Origin: Octopus bimaculoides | Lineage: Eukaryota | Length of the DNA stretch: 64,000 nt | Direction: 5' to 3' | Assembly: GCF_001194135.2 (NCBI RefSeq) | Contig: NC_068993.1 | Coordinates: 62,324,461 to 62,388,460 of the forward strand | Part shown: positions 26,028-40,535 of the stretch, piece after piece | Layout: each line of letters opens with the position of its first letter | Numbering within the stretch: the first letter of the stretch is position 1 | The notes under the pieces: generated by a model | The model's input: the letters and a program-made list of their open reading frames with translations, nothing else | Database searches by the model: none | What the model was told of the DNA's origin: nothing | Program-made: the position numbers and the translations under genes

Positions 26028-26956
26028 GGTATGTTATGGAATATATTAGCCAATTTGTCCTTTTTTAAATGGTCACATTTGTGTGGGTTTAGAAAATTTA
26101 GCTGCTGTTCCTAGTATATTCAGAAATCACCCGGATGCTCTGTTTTTGCTTGTTTGTTACCAACAGTCATAAATGGCACGATTTGTCTACACTTGCTTGC
26201 TAATTATAAAGCCAGATCTTGCAGGGAAAATCATCAGTGTATAAAAGATACTAATATTTATAATTACAAGGATGTAATATGTTTATTATATGATCAATTA
26301 ATTAACGGCAGCGAAGCACGAGGATAGGATAATTAGTAATGTAAGATAAACATAAGAGTGTCATCTTTGGTCAACAAACACTATTTAGTTTTGCTATTTT
26401 GATATCGTGATTGAAACAAGGATTTTTATTTTTTTGGTTTTCTGCGAGTACAAAAATGAAACTATTTGACTAGTTCAAGTTTTTATCAATGTCTTATCAG
26501 AGATTCGATACCCATTTACTGACTACAGAGAAATTAGACATTTATAACTATTTGCACGTTTACAAATCCCGGATAGTATGATCGTACAAGTGTTGGTAAC
26601 ATGAATTAATGAATACATGCAATAAATCAGTAATCTTGAATCATTTCTTATCTAAGGACCCCTTTCATTACTATTTTACTTGCGGACCCTCATAGCCATT
26701 CGATGTTTTAAAAAGTCCTATTGTATTTTTGTGATTTGAAGTTACAGGTTAAATGTTTTTGTTTACTAACTACGAAGTTTAATACACTTTCTAGTAACAC
26801 ACACAGCATTTAATCTGGCTGTGAAATGGTAAACCTGGTGGTTAAACACGTACTCGATTTTCTTTCTCAGTGGCAATAGTTTCATTTACTAATCATTGAT
26901 ATTAATCTAAACTCTAACTGCTCTTGTCCTTTTATGTTTGTATGTGTTCTCGTGGA

Positions 26957-27017
<61 letters not shown>

Positions 27018-27374
27018 ATATAGATAGAGGGATATATGAAAAAATGAGAAAGAAAGACAGTAGATACACAAAAAGATAGATGTTGATTAAGAATATGCGA
27101 ATATGAGCTGGTGCTTCTTTGTGTATGCATGTGTGTGCGTCTGCGTGTGTGTTTGTGTGTGTGTGTTTACTGAGACTGGAAGTATATAATCCTGCATTAT
27201 TGTAATCATAACATTGCAGGAACACATTACACTAGACAAACTGTCGAAGGTCTTTAGGTAAAAATATACTAAAAATATGAAAAGATAAGAAAAAGACTGA
27301 AGTCACGTTCGTATTTTAAGGCTAATTCCTGATTGTTGGAACAGTTACAAATCTCTTTCTCTTTCTCTAATGTA

Positions 27375-27430
<56 letters not shown>

Positions 27431-27967
27431 GTAGCGTACTTGCTTAAGTAATTAAAATAATATCAGTGACGAAACTAATGTCTTTTCTTCACAGCGTAAG
27501 TATTTCTAATTAGATATTTTAACGCTAATTTGTGTTTTCTAACCAAGTAGGTTGTTACTAATTAGATATTTGAACGGGTCACTACATTAAATATGTTTGC
27601 AGCAACTTAAATATAACTTGCCTTGCTGGACCGAAAATATCTTCTGTTCGTAAACTTCTATCTTTGTAACACATATTTATAGTTAGGTAAACATATCTTA
27701 TATATATATATAAGTATGTATATATATATATATATATATATAAGTATGTATGTATATATATAAGTATGCATGTATGTATAATTTAAATGAGAGAGGTCAG
27801 GTTGACATTGCAGCTGCTTCTGTAACTGGACAATATTTTCATTAGATATCTCGTACAGTGTTATGCCATTCATACAATGTGATGTAATCACGTCATAACA
27901 TGGGGAGATATGAAACCATTCTGTAGTACATTCGCTTTTTCAGATGTTATGGTTTGATGGTATCACT

Positions 27968-28016
<49 letters not shown>

Positions 28017-28442
28017 NNNNNNNNNNTGTGTGTGTGTGTGTGTGTGGTTTCCAAAGCTCTTCTCCAGTTATCGGCTACCAAATGTTATCATACAGTGGGA
28101 CTAATCCTGTTGCTGGATATCGATAAATACCATTCTTATAATTAAGGTGTAGGTGATCGACAACTACAACCCCGTAAAGCAGTGCTCCAGCATGGCCGTT
28201 GCCGTGGCATGCAACCAACAGGTAACGAACGTATGGAGCAGAGCCAACCACACTGTAACTGCGATAGAATAGGGAAAGTGAGGAAAGAGCACGTCGAAGG
28301 TGCAGAGATTGTAGTGAAGCAGTGAATGACATTGTGCAAATTTATTGATATTTATGAAGTTTAATATGTTTAAGTGTGTGATGCAAACTTGACCCACTGG
28401 TTCTTATCTAGAAAGTTTAGTTAACTTAAAGATATATAAATT

Positions 28443-28786
28443 AAAAGTAAAGACCCCGTTGTTCATGAATGACCTTAGGATTGTACCTACAAAGTTACTC
28501 TCCGAGGCACAAGTCCGAGCAAGTTTGTTTATGGAAGACCAGCAGTCACCCATGCATAACAATCTCCTCTCTCCACGCCGCCGTTGTTATCTAGGGGAAA
28601 GGCAAAGGGGCCGATACAGCTTGACACCAGTGACGTCGCAACTCATTTCTACAGCTGAATGCACTGAAGCAACGTAAAATAAAGTGTCTTGCTCAAGTAC
28701 ACAACACACAGCCCGGTCCGGGAATCGAACTCACTACATCATGACTGTGAGCCCGACACTCTAATCACTGAGCAATTTGCCTTCAC
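28443..28786 (-). mobile_element. CORE-type tRNA SINE, family E
   Basis: Shares the head and CORE with family D (AAAGTGTCTTGCTCAAG, GGGAATCGAACTCAC) but has a different tail (GGAAGACCAGCAGTCACCCATGCATA). Confidence 0.82.
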
Positions 28787-29703
28787 ATAATAAATTATTG
28801 TCGTTATCTAGCACAGGTCAGTCCTAATAGAGTAGACCTAAGATTAAAAATATGCTGTTTCGATCTTGTTATCTTTTACTTTGTCAGGCAGGGTGTATCT
28901 ACGACGATATGTTCCATTGTATCCTTCTTCGAGAGGGTCGTATTGGAGTGTGATTCTACTTTTATTTCTAGCATGTTGGGTGTTCCGTCATTGGCTCATA
29001 TTTCTTACAATTGTAAATTTGTGTGTTGTTGTTAAGCATCATTGTGAACAGGAGGTGTGAGGGATTCAGTTTCAAGGTACATATTTTTAGTTGTGGTGAC
29101 TGAAGAAGGCGTGCGTGCGTGCGTGCGTGTGTATGTGTATGTGTACGTGTGCATGTGTGCGTGCATGTGTGTAAATAATCGACGTGATAATGTGTTGAAA
29201 CTCCACTCTTTCTTTTTCTCTCTTTTTAAATGCCATTTTGGTGAGATAAGATTTCGATTCCCTTTTTTCTACATCTCAAACTACCCTCCACATAACTTCT
29301 CTCCCTTGTATCTTTTCCCTCCCATCTTCTCTTCCTCCCTCCCACCCCACTATTCTTAAACCTGAATGCCAGAACTACGCAAATGGGTTACATTGCAACT
29401 AACCCATTGGGAGTAGATTATATAACATGTACAATGAAGAAATAATAGTAGAATGGATATAATTACAATGTCAACGCGAAGATTCGCGCAGAATTGAATA
29501 TCTAACGAGTATGTTCTACTAAAAAATAATTTCTGTCCCTTTACAAGCAAATCTGATTAGGAAATGTTCAAAACCTCAAACGAAGTACGAAATTAGGATT
29601 TTTTTCATAATGCCAACGTACAGATATATGGAAAAATGAAAATAGAATATTTAAAATGAATGAAATAATAACTCACTGTTTCTTCTTACTGGGCACACTA
29701 AAG

Positions 29704-29886
<183 letters not shown>

Positions 29887-30042
29887 CCTTCGTATATGAA
29901 TACGCACTGGTAAATCAATCCAATATATAACTGGTATTCTATTTTGCATTATCCCAACTTCTGTGAAATTCATCTCAGACTAGAAAAGTTCCTGTGTTTC
30001 TCATCTTTCACCATAACAACATCATAGCCATTATTAAAAACT

Positions 30043-30167
<125 letters not shown>

Positions 30168-30540
30168 CCTTTGTATAATAGGCAGAAGACCTCAAATTTG
30201 GGAGAGGGGTTAGTCGATTACATCGACCCCAGTACTCTGCTGGTATTTACTTTATCGACCCCGAAAGGATGAAAAGCAAAGTCGACCACGGCGAAATTTG
30301 AACTCAGAACGTAAAATCTAAAAATATCCTTTCTACAATAGGCACAAGGCCTGAAATTTGGGAAGAGGGGACCAGTCGATTACATCGACTCCAGTAAGCA
30401 ACTAGTACTTAATCTATCCATCCCGAAAGGATGAAAGGCAAAGTCGACCTCGGTGGATATTGAACTCAGAACGCAAAGACAGACGAAATACCGCGAAGCA
30501 TTTCGCCCGGCGTGCTAACGATTCTGCCAGCTCGCCGCCT
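30168..30540 (-). mobile_element. Two tandem family A SINEs (30168-30316 truncated, 30327-30540 full length)
   Basis: Family core present twice in the same orientation. Confidence 0.85.
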
Positions 30541-31276
30541 AAAAATGCTAAAAAATCGAAACAAATACCACGAGGCATATGTATGCCACAAAATTTCTGC
30601 TGCTGCTACCTAAGAAAATGGTTGTAAAATTCGAGGAAAATAAAATATACAGATATAACATCAAATACCACATGATAAACCTGCCAACATTCTTCATGAT
30701 AATAATGCACTAATTATCGACCAAGCACTCCGAAATGACTTTATTGTTGTGCACAACTGAGCAGAAAAGCTAAGAAATTACACGGCTTAACTGCTATGAA
30801 TTTTGTGTTTTAACTAAGTATTGTGTCTAACGACACCAACTAAATGATGCATNNNNNNNNNNNNNNNNNNNNNNNNNNNNNNNNNNNNNNNNNNNNNNNN
30901 NNNNNNNNNNNNNNNNNNNNNNNNNNNNNNNNNNNNNNNNNNNNNNNNNNNNNNNNNNNNNNNNNNNNNNNNNNNNNNNNNNNNNNNNNNNNNNNNNNNN
31001 NNNNNNNNNNNNNNNNNNNNNNNNNNNNNNNNNNNNNNNNNNNNNNNNNNNNNNNNNNNNNNNNNNNNNNNNNNNNNNNNNNNNNNNNNNNNNNNNNNNN
31101 NNNNNNNNNNNNNNNNNNNNNNNNNNNNNNNNNNNNNNNNNNNNNNNNNNNNNNNNNNNNNNNNNNNNNNNNNNNNNNNNNNNNNNNNNNNNNNNNNNNN
31201 NNNNNNNNNNNNNNNNNNNNNNNNNNNNNNNNNNNNNNNNNNNNNNNNNNNNNNNNNNNNNNNNNNNNNNNNNNNN

Positions 31277-31314
<38 letters not shown>

Positions 31315-31993
31315 TTTAAAAAGCATAGGAGAAAGAAAATGGAGTTCACGAGATTCTATATCCTTTATTCACCGTGACTAATGTTGGGTCGCGATCGTTG
31401 AGAATAAAGAATCTCGTTAATTTAATTTCCTTTCTCTCATAAACTTTACGGACAGAAAGGAATTACAGAAATAAATTCAGTCGCATATATCTCCATACTG
31501 TTTTAGACATCAGATAGTCAAATAATGTGAACGGGCTTTAAACACCATACTACAAGGTGTAGTACCTGTAATTGGGGTCCTTGGCTATGTAACACACTGC
31601 CTAAATACCAATCTTGGGAAATTAGGCTTCTCAAAACCTGAAAGGAGAAAGCTAATTCGAAGACTACAGATCTAATCCATCACTGGAAGTATAAAAATCT
31701 GTAAAACTTTCCAGACGTCTATCATTTAAGTATATATGAACATGTCTAGATATGCAAAAAACAAAACATGCAAATCTTGAAATTGAACATCTTGTATTAA
31801 ATATTCTTGTTAACTTTGAATATTTCCATTAACCGTGAACATCTGTGTTAGTCTTCAACATTTTTTATCCGTTTTCTCAACGATGCACCTAATTTATTCT
31901 CCAAAAAGCGGAAAAAACTTTTGATGAATGTTTCGAAACGCAAATCATCAAAATACCATAATAATAGTGAAAATGATTTAGTAATAATAATGG

Positions 31994-32306
31994 TGAAGGC
32001 ACGTGGCTTAGCAGTTAGGCTATTCGGTTCACGATCGTAAGGTCATAAGTTCAATCCCTGGTGGCACATTGTGTCCTTGAGCAAGACACTTCATTTCACG
32101 TTGCTCCAGTCCACTCACCTGGCAAAAATGAGCTGTACCTGTATTTCAAAGGGGTCAGCCTTGTCACACTGAATCTCCCTGGGAACTACATTAAAGGTAC
32201 GCGTATCTGTGGAGTGCTCAGCCACTTGCTCGTTAATTTCACGGGTTGGCTGTTCCGTTGATCGAATTAACTAGAACCCTCGTCGTCGCAACCGACGGAG
32301 TGCCAG
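31994..32306 (+). mobile_element. CORE-type tRNA SINE, family D
   Basis: A box TGGCTTAGCAG, B box AGTTCAATCC, CORE-like GTGTCCTTGAGCAAGACACTT..AAAAATGAG, tail GTCGCAACCGACGGAGTGCCAG. Confidence 0.85.
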
Positions 32307-33122
32307 TTTAATAATAATGATTTGAAATTTTAGCTCAAGGCTAGCATTTTCGAGAAAGGCGGGTGAATCGATAGCATTGCCCCCCCCCCATTTCAATGTT
32401 CAGCTGATACTTATTTTATCGGCCTCGAAAGGATGAAAGGCATCGGCTTTATCAAAACGAAATTCCAAATTAATAACGATTAATTAGTTTCATGGACAAG
32501 AATTTAGTATAAGCCCTTTAGAATCTCGAGCTTTGATTCAAATTGGAAAATGTCCATAAAGCAATCGAGTTCTTTATTACCTGTCCCACACACACCGTTT
32601 TGGCCTCTTTCCATTTCATAATTCTACACATGTGTTTCATTAGCTAATCCGTTCGAAAGTATCGTTTTTCTAAAATTATAACTGAATATAAAAACAAACA
32701 TTAACACAAACACACACACAAACACACACACACACACGGAGAGTAATGCTTTAACTAAATTGTTCTTTGCTTTCAAGATATTTGGAGACTGATTATACTG
32801 TGCTTTCTTGCAGGTCCAACAACCGGATGGAGGTTCGCTGGATGGCTCCTGTGATGTTATAATTATCCCACACCCAATTATAAACAATAAAACGTAGGTA
32901 CAGCTCAGTGTTGTGAAGTAGCAGTATCGTGGTATAACATGTATCCCACATGGTCACAGACTTCTCAAGCTTCTAAAAAAGATTTCACATGACCAATACA
33001 TAATTATGTCTTTCTCGAGGCCATTAATGCCATTCACAAAGCGAAGCCTCTTAATACTGGATTGAAAACACAAGTTGTTAGTGTATTGTAAGTTAGCTGT
33101 CATTTCCCTGGTTCAAAATCAC

Positions 33123-33180
<58 letters not shown>

Positions 33181-33346
33181 AGGATTTTGTGCAGAATCAA
33201 TGTATAACATGGAATGGAATGCATAGCTTACATTAGCTACTTGCCACTAAGTAAAACACCTTGCAACAATCGAGTTATCGATTCCACCACGTGACCCCGA
33301 AACGACTAATAGTTGAACCTCATTTATTTCTTGATAATTATCGGTA

Positions 33347-33716
33347 TTACCTCTGCCATAGCGAAGGCAGACATGTTGTTTTCAGTCGTGTTTGTTTATT
33401 TGTTTGTGGACAAGATATCTCAAGAAACGCTTGATGGATTCCGATGAAACTTTCAACGATGTTTGGCCTCATGACTGGCAGAAACTGATTAGATTTTGGG
33501 TTTGATCCGGCACCGGACAATGATTCTGGATTATTTTACCTGTTTCTTTACTTAATTTTTGAGAGCGGTTGAGTTCATATTTAGTCTTCTCGTTTGTGAG
33601 AGAAGACAAGTTTATTTCAGATATTCTCATTTTAAAAATCATGTCTGGCTAATCGTTGAGAGGATGTTGGTGTTGCATTGACGGGAGTTTGTGCTTTCTG
33701 AGTGCTTATATGTAGT
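33347..33716 (+). mobile_element. Helentron-type non-autonomous element (HINE), copy 1
   Basis: TTACCTCTGCCATAGCGAAGG...TTGACGGGAGTTTGTGCTTTCTGAGTGC; aligns by eye over its whole length with 42324-42695. Confidence 0.75.
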
Positions 33717-34912
33717 ATCTGTAATCACCTGGAAACTGCATACTAAATCAAATGAACGATTTAAATTGCATTTTGCTCCTGTAATAAAATCCTATTTACT
33801 CAAATATGTACAAAATTCTATATACGAATATCAAACTTCTGTGACATATGTTGAGCGGTCTATTCTTTTGTTTAGATACGTGTGTGTGTGTGTGTGTTGC
33901 ATGTGTATTGTATCTTTGTATGATGTGTATATGTGTGCGTACTCTATATTTATATAAAGGCCTTTCAAGACTAACATGTGTCCCTATATCATTCACGCTA
34001 TGAATTTACATAATTCTGTACTGCCTGAAGTAATTCTGACTTCATTAAAAACAACGCGAGTTGTGTGAGGTGAATACGAAAATTTCATTTACATTTTCTG
34101 AAAGAATTATTCCATTTTTGCAACGCAAACATTGAGGGTCGGAAACTTCATCAAATGCAGTAAATATATCTCAATCAAATAAGAAGTGTAATCATCTTAT
34201 TAGCAATGTTTCCCAACCAATTAGAAATGTTAATTAGCCATCTTGGAAATATATACAGGGAGTGCCATAATGAAAGGAGAACGTAATGAATGTTTAAATA
34301 ACACATTAATTATTTCCGATATTTGCCTTCGATTTGTGCGTTATGTGATCACACAGGTAAATACGAACTTATTTTATTTTCGTTTTCTTTTTCTTTGTAA
34401 ATTTCATTGAGAGAAAAAAAACGCCTTTCTGATGACATGTTTGCGAAGACATTACAATTCATAATATGTCTTATTGTATTCTGTTTTATCTGGTTATTTA
34501 TGTTGTATAATTATGTAGGTTTACTAACTTGATATTATATTTTGCTTTCAGACGTCATGACTTTCACAACGTTTGTTACAATAGAGATGTTTGCTCGCGC
34601 ATTCATATATTCACGTTGGTTTCGTTATAATGAACGCTGTTTCGAATTTCCAATTAATAGGTCACCTACTAAGTGTTTCTGTCTCATATATTTTCATTTG
34701 ATTTTTTTAGAATTTCGAACATTTCTGTGACAGATATTAAGCTGTAAATAATATAGTACAATGCAACGCAAATAACTGAAAGATTGGAGTAGATTTATAC
34801 TGTGTAGAAGAAAAGAAATTAAGCGTTTTTGCTAAATATCTTCGTCGAAGAGAAAAGACATGCCAAATGATGTTAAAAAGCATATAAATTGGGATCAGTA
34901 AGAGAGAAAGCG

Positions 34913-35009
34913 GAAAAGAGAGGAAGAGAGAGAGAGGAAAAGAGAGGAAGAGAGAGAGAGGAAAAGAGAGGAAGAGAGAGAGAGGAAAAGAGAGGAAGAG
35001 AGAGAGAGG
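34913..35009. repeat. 24-bp purine minisatellite (GAAAAGAGAGGAAGAGAGAGAGAG) x4
   Basis: Tandem units read directly. Confidence 0.92.
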
Positions 35010-35888
35010 AACAGTTACGTTTTACTTTTTGTTTAATGGGTAGAGGTTGTGGAGTGATTTACGATAAATTCACAAACAGAGTAATGATTAAAGGTATCGC
35101 ATGATGAATTAAAATGTCAAGCTACGCGCTTCGAAGTCGTACAGGTGTTATCACGAACATTATAAAAGTATCCACAAAAGTCGTTAAATGAGCGATTTCT
35201 CGACCATTTCAAGGGCAGAGAATTGTAAAGTTTCTATTTGATTGAATATATGGAGTTGGGGAGGTTCGGAAATCGATCTTTGCAGCCACTTGAGAGATGA
35301 AAGGGAAAAGTATAACGTACAAAATGGGAGCATTTAAAATGTATTGAATGTGCTTTACAGGAGTGAAGAGAGTTTCTAAGAAAGGGGTCTCGTAATTTTT
35401 TTCTTTTTCTCTGTCTCTTTTAAAAGAGAAAACGAAGGAAAAAAGGATGGAAGTTAATTTTTGTGAGGTAAAATTTGGTAGAGATGCTTGGCAGGCTGAT
35501 GACATGTCGTAAAAGATAGTCGTTTCTCTTTGAATGAGTGCATTTGGGTTAAACATGTGGAGGCTCTTTCGTTGGACTAAGCTGGCTAGAATGTCAAGTT
35601 GACTAACACGATATATTAAATCCATGCAACGAAAAAATGCTCCGTTTCCTCAGACTATGGACATTGTACATTGGTAGAAGATTAAATATTTCAGATGCTG
35701 CAGTCAATTAAATCGAACACAGAGTATAATTGATTTGCTATTTTATTGACATCAAAAACTGAGAAGTAAAGATGAGATTGTAAGATCTGAACTTAAACGA
35801 CAGGGTTCATCTCTAAATAACACCAAGTCATTGTCTGACATTTTGACGATTCTGAGAATCCACCACCATTAAACAAAGCAGAATAATA

Positions 35889-36078
35889 GTTTCGAATTTT
35901 GGTACAAGGCCAGCAAGGTCGGGACACGGTTGAATAAAATCAACCCCAGTTATCGGCTGGTTTTTATTTTATTGACTCCGAAGAGAAAAGTAAAAGGAGG
36001 AAAAGTCGACTTCAGTGGAATTTGAACGCAAAGACGGATCGAATTGCTTGCGGTAACGATTCTGCTAACTCGCCAGCT
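35889..36078 (-). mobile_element. Family A SINE, diverged
   Basis: TTTTGGTACAAGGCCAGC..AAAGTCGACTTCAGTGGAATTTGAAC..AACGATTCTGCTAACTCGCC. Confidence 0.7.
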
Positions 36079-36869
36079 TATCAATGAAGAATACTAATTA
36101 CTCATCTGGTGTTTGACGTAGTAGACTAATTATAAAATTAGGGACCACAAGGAAGGATTGATATTGAATTCCATCTTCACTCGGTCAAAATTATCTCTTT
36201 TCTCTCTCTTATTTCACACTCTCCCCCCCTCTCTCTCTCTGGAAGCTTCATTATTAGTAAAGACAAAAACCGATAATTAAAGGGATGGTTGTCTTTGATG
36301 TTACATTCTGAGAAATGAAATTACGTGTCACCATTCGATATTCTCATAATAATACTGCTGACATGAAAGTGAAACCATGCGCTGTTGAAATCTGACTATG
36401 CCGGTACATCTTGTAACCTACTTCGAATATGAGCGCAGCCAAGATTATTTCTCACTTGTGTTGCTTTCATGTTCAGAACGTTGATTTCCTACCAAACAAC
36501 CATCACTCACAAACTATTCAAGTTTAAACATTACGAAAATGTATCGAATTCAATAAAATACATGACAGTTTGCTTCCCAGAATATTAGGTTAGACTCAGC
36601 TGACACCCGAGTCACTGTTTCCACGATATCTCAAAATCGGTGCGCGCGCGCGCACACACGCACACAAAGAAAACATAAAATGGAGAAATATTGATGAACA
36701 ACAATTGGCTTACATATGTATGGCCATGGTTAAACATAGGTAATATACCAGTAGAGTAATGGATACTTCTATCCCTTAGACGGTTATTTCAACCTCTAAC
36801 ACAGCTAACCTATATATATATACACATATATGTACACATGTTAGTAATTTATGTATAAGCATACATACA

Positions 36870-36900
<31 letters not shown>

Positions 36901-37442
36901 TGTGTGTTGCACACATATATGTGCATTCGTATATATAAATATCGGTCACTTCTAATATATGTCTGCCTGTAATTCTGTTCTTGTTTATTAGTAGATCAAA
37001 GTCTTCACCTAACTGTGTAATGCTTTGGTCGTCAATAACACGGTGTGTCCATAAGTATCTGGTTGCGCTATTTCTTTGTAAACCTTAATATAAATCTGTA
37101 TAAAATACTTTTTTAATTACTTAAGTATTTCTGTGATGTTTTCTTTGTGATGCAGGTCTTTGTGTGTATGTATGTATGTATGTATGTATGTATGTATGTA
37201 TGTATGTATGTATGTATGTAGGTATGTGTGTTTGTATGAGGCTATGTTTATACCTGTAAGTGTTCGAAAATGTGTGCGGAGGTGAGTGAGTTTATAGTTG
37301 TGTTGATATCTATTTGATGTACATTTAGTGTCTACATCAAACATACATGGACTCACACTCACATATGAATAGAGATAGACAGGCAGACAGACAGACAGGC
37401 AGTCAGGCAGGCAGACAGACAAGCAGACAGACAGACAAACAA

Positions 37443-37497
<55 letters not shown>

Positions 37498-39232
37498 TTG
37501 ATAGATAGATTTATATTGAGTAAATGCATGTTTCTTTATCATATTCATTTCCTACGAGAGTCTTAAGTCAGGCTCCCGTGGGTTTGCAGTTTTTATCTTC
37601 CATCCACAGGTTTCAATTTTTTTGGACCAGTGAATCGTTGTCTTCATGACCTTTTCAATTCAAGCTAACTCAAAACTCCTCTCTTGATAACATGTCTGAA
37701 ATAACATGTCTGGAATTCAAGAACAGAACAGGGTGGATATGTCACAAGATTTAGAAAAAAACAGCTCGATATAGGTGGCATATATGTATAACAGCCAATT
37801 CAGTTGATATCGTGCCGTGTGTACAATACCTGGAATCTGTAGCTCGTTAATTTCTGTGTGTTCGTGTGTCAATGTATGTGCGAGAGTTGTGGGGAGTCAG
37901 AATAATGTGGTCCATCTTTTACATGTATTTATATCAAGGTGTGTAACGACATGAATACAGTTTTAGGCTACTTATAGCATCATGTGTCTTTCATTCTGAA
38001 AACTAACACTGTTTACGTCACATGTTTAATCTTAATAACTGTGGACATTCACCTGCAGAAACACTGCTGTGTGTGAATGTCTGTCTGTGCGTGTTATTCA
38101 TGTGCGCTACATTCACGCATGCGCTTACACTCCCCACATCACACACTCACAGTTTAGAGTCCCAGCATATTGTTACAGCATTACCAAAAGTGCCATATTC
38201 TTATACAGCGGAATTCATCAGGCGGTGCTGAATGACAAAAGAGAGGCTGTTTTCTATTAGCCAGAACCGTCTATAGATTTCAGGAAGATAGAAACATGAA
38301 ATTTAAAATAAAGACATGTTGGAAGCCTGAACTTAGACTCAAAACATTGGATATTTTCATATCCTTGCAAATAGATTTCTTGTTTTCAAGTATTTGCCCA
38401 TGTTTTATCGCCTTCGTATTCCCATGTACATATTTCAGGAATTATAATACATTCTGATTACACATATACACAAACTTTCACACACATACTGGCATGTGTA
38501 TAAACACGCTGTTAGCTACACATGTGTTTCTGTTAGAGAGTGCACATATTGTTTATGTATATATATATATATNNNNNNNNNNNNNNNNNNNNNNNNNNNN
38601 NNNNNNNNNNNNNNNNNNNNNNNNNNNNNNNNNNNNNNNNNNNNNNNNNNNNNNNNNNNNNNNNNNNNNNNNNNNNNNNNNNNNNNNNNNNNNNNNNNNN
38701 NNNNNNNNNNNNNNNNNNNNNNNNNNNNNNNNNNNNNNNNNNNNNNNNNNNNNNNNNNNNNNNNNNNNNNNNNNNNNNNNNNNNNNNNNNNNNNNNNNNN
38801 NNNNNNNNNNNNNNNNNNNNNNNNNNNNNNNNNNNNNNNNNNNNNNNNNNNNNNNNNNNNNNNNNNNNNNNNNNNNNNNNNNNNNNNNNATATATGCATA
38901 ACAAATATATACGCACACTCTCAAATGCACAGACGCATGCATTATATATAAATGTGTAAATATACTTTAAAAAAATGCATACATAATTGATGCTGGCTGC
39001 CAAGATGCCATAGACTAGTCATCTCAAATGAAATATTTCGATGTTGATGAAAGCGCTCTGCTATATGGGTAAGAAAAATAGGTTGCGAGAGATATGCTAA
39101 CTTTGGCACCCATTATTACTTTCTGTTCAGAGTTCTTTGTTTAGATGTAGGTTCTTCTACAAGCTTCCTCAGGTCTCACACATTCATTCGGATATTAATG
39201 TGCGCGAACAGTCGCGTCTACAGATATGCCTC

Positions 39233-39278
<46 letters not shown>

Positions 39279-39830
39279 TGTTATTATGTATGTGCGAGCA
39301 TGAACATGCGGTGATACATATGTAAATAGATTCAAAGGTAGATAAATCGATAAAAACTGTATATATATATGTATTTATGTATATNNNNNNNNNNNNNNNN
39401 NNNNNNNNNNNNNNNNNNNNNNNNNNNNNNNNNNNNNNNNNNNNNNNNNNNNNNNNNNNNNNNNNNNNNNNNNNNNNNNNNNNNNNNNNNNNNNNNNNNN
39501 NNNNNNNNNNNNNNNNNNNNNNNNNNNNNNNNNNNNNNNNNNNNNNNNNNNNNNNNNNNNNNNNNNNNNNNNNNNNNNNNNNNNNNNNNNNNNNNNNNNN
39601 NNNNNNNNNNNNNNNNNNNNNNNNNNNNNNNNNNNNNNNNNNNNNNNNNNNNNNNNNNNNNNNNNNNNNNNNNNNNNNNNNNNNNNNNNNNNNNNNNNNN
39701 NNNNNNNNNNNNNNNNNNNNNNNNNNNNNNNNNNNNNNNNNNNNNNNNNNNNNNNNNNNNNNNNNNNNNNNNNNNNNNNNNNNNNNNNNNNNNNNNNNNN
39801 NNNNNNNNNNNNNNNNNNNNNNNNNNNNNN

Positions 39831-39875
<45 letters not shown>

Positions 39876-40140
39876 AAACGCCTATCACATCTTACAAATT
39901 ATATGATAGAATTGCAAACAGAAAATCATAAAGAAGCAGAACCAAGAATGCACACAAACGAACGCCTCCCATTGAGGATGTTATTGCACTCACAGTTTTG
40001 GTTTCAAATCCCGGGCTGTGCTTGACGTTGTGTTCTTTTGCAAAGCGCTGCATTTCAATTTGCCCCTCTCACACACACATACAACACACCTATATACTCT
40101 GATACATAAGTATATATGAATATATACGTACCCGTAAAAG

Positions 40141-40376
40141 GGGTAAAGATCCCCTACGGGATTGCATCTAGAAAATTCCCCTCCAAGGCACAAGTACGGA
40201 CAAGGTTGTTTATAAATGTCCAACAGTCACCCATGCATACCAGCCTCCCTTCTTCACGCTACTGATGTTATCTAAGGAAAAGGCAAAGGGGCCGATACAG
40301 CTTAGCACCAGTGGCGTCGCAACTCATTTCTACAGCTGAGTGAACTGGAGCAACGTGAAATAAAGTGTCTTGCTCA
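40141..40376 (-). mobile_element. Family E SINE, head missing
   Basis: Matches 28443-28695. Confidence 0.8.
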
Positions 40377-40535
40377 CACACAAGTTAAATATACATTTAT
40401 ATATGTATATGTGTAACACATACACGCGCGCGCGCAAGCACACACGCACGCATGCACGCACACAAACAAAATTGGTGGATGTCTAAATCGGTAAGACTTA
40501 TGTGATGAACATTATTTACATTATTTACATTTGAC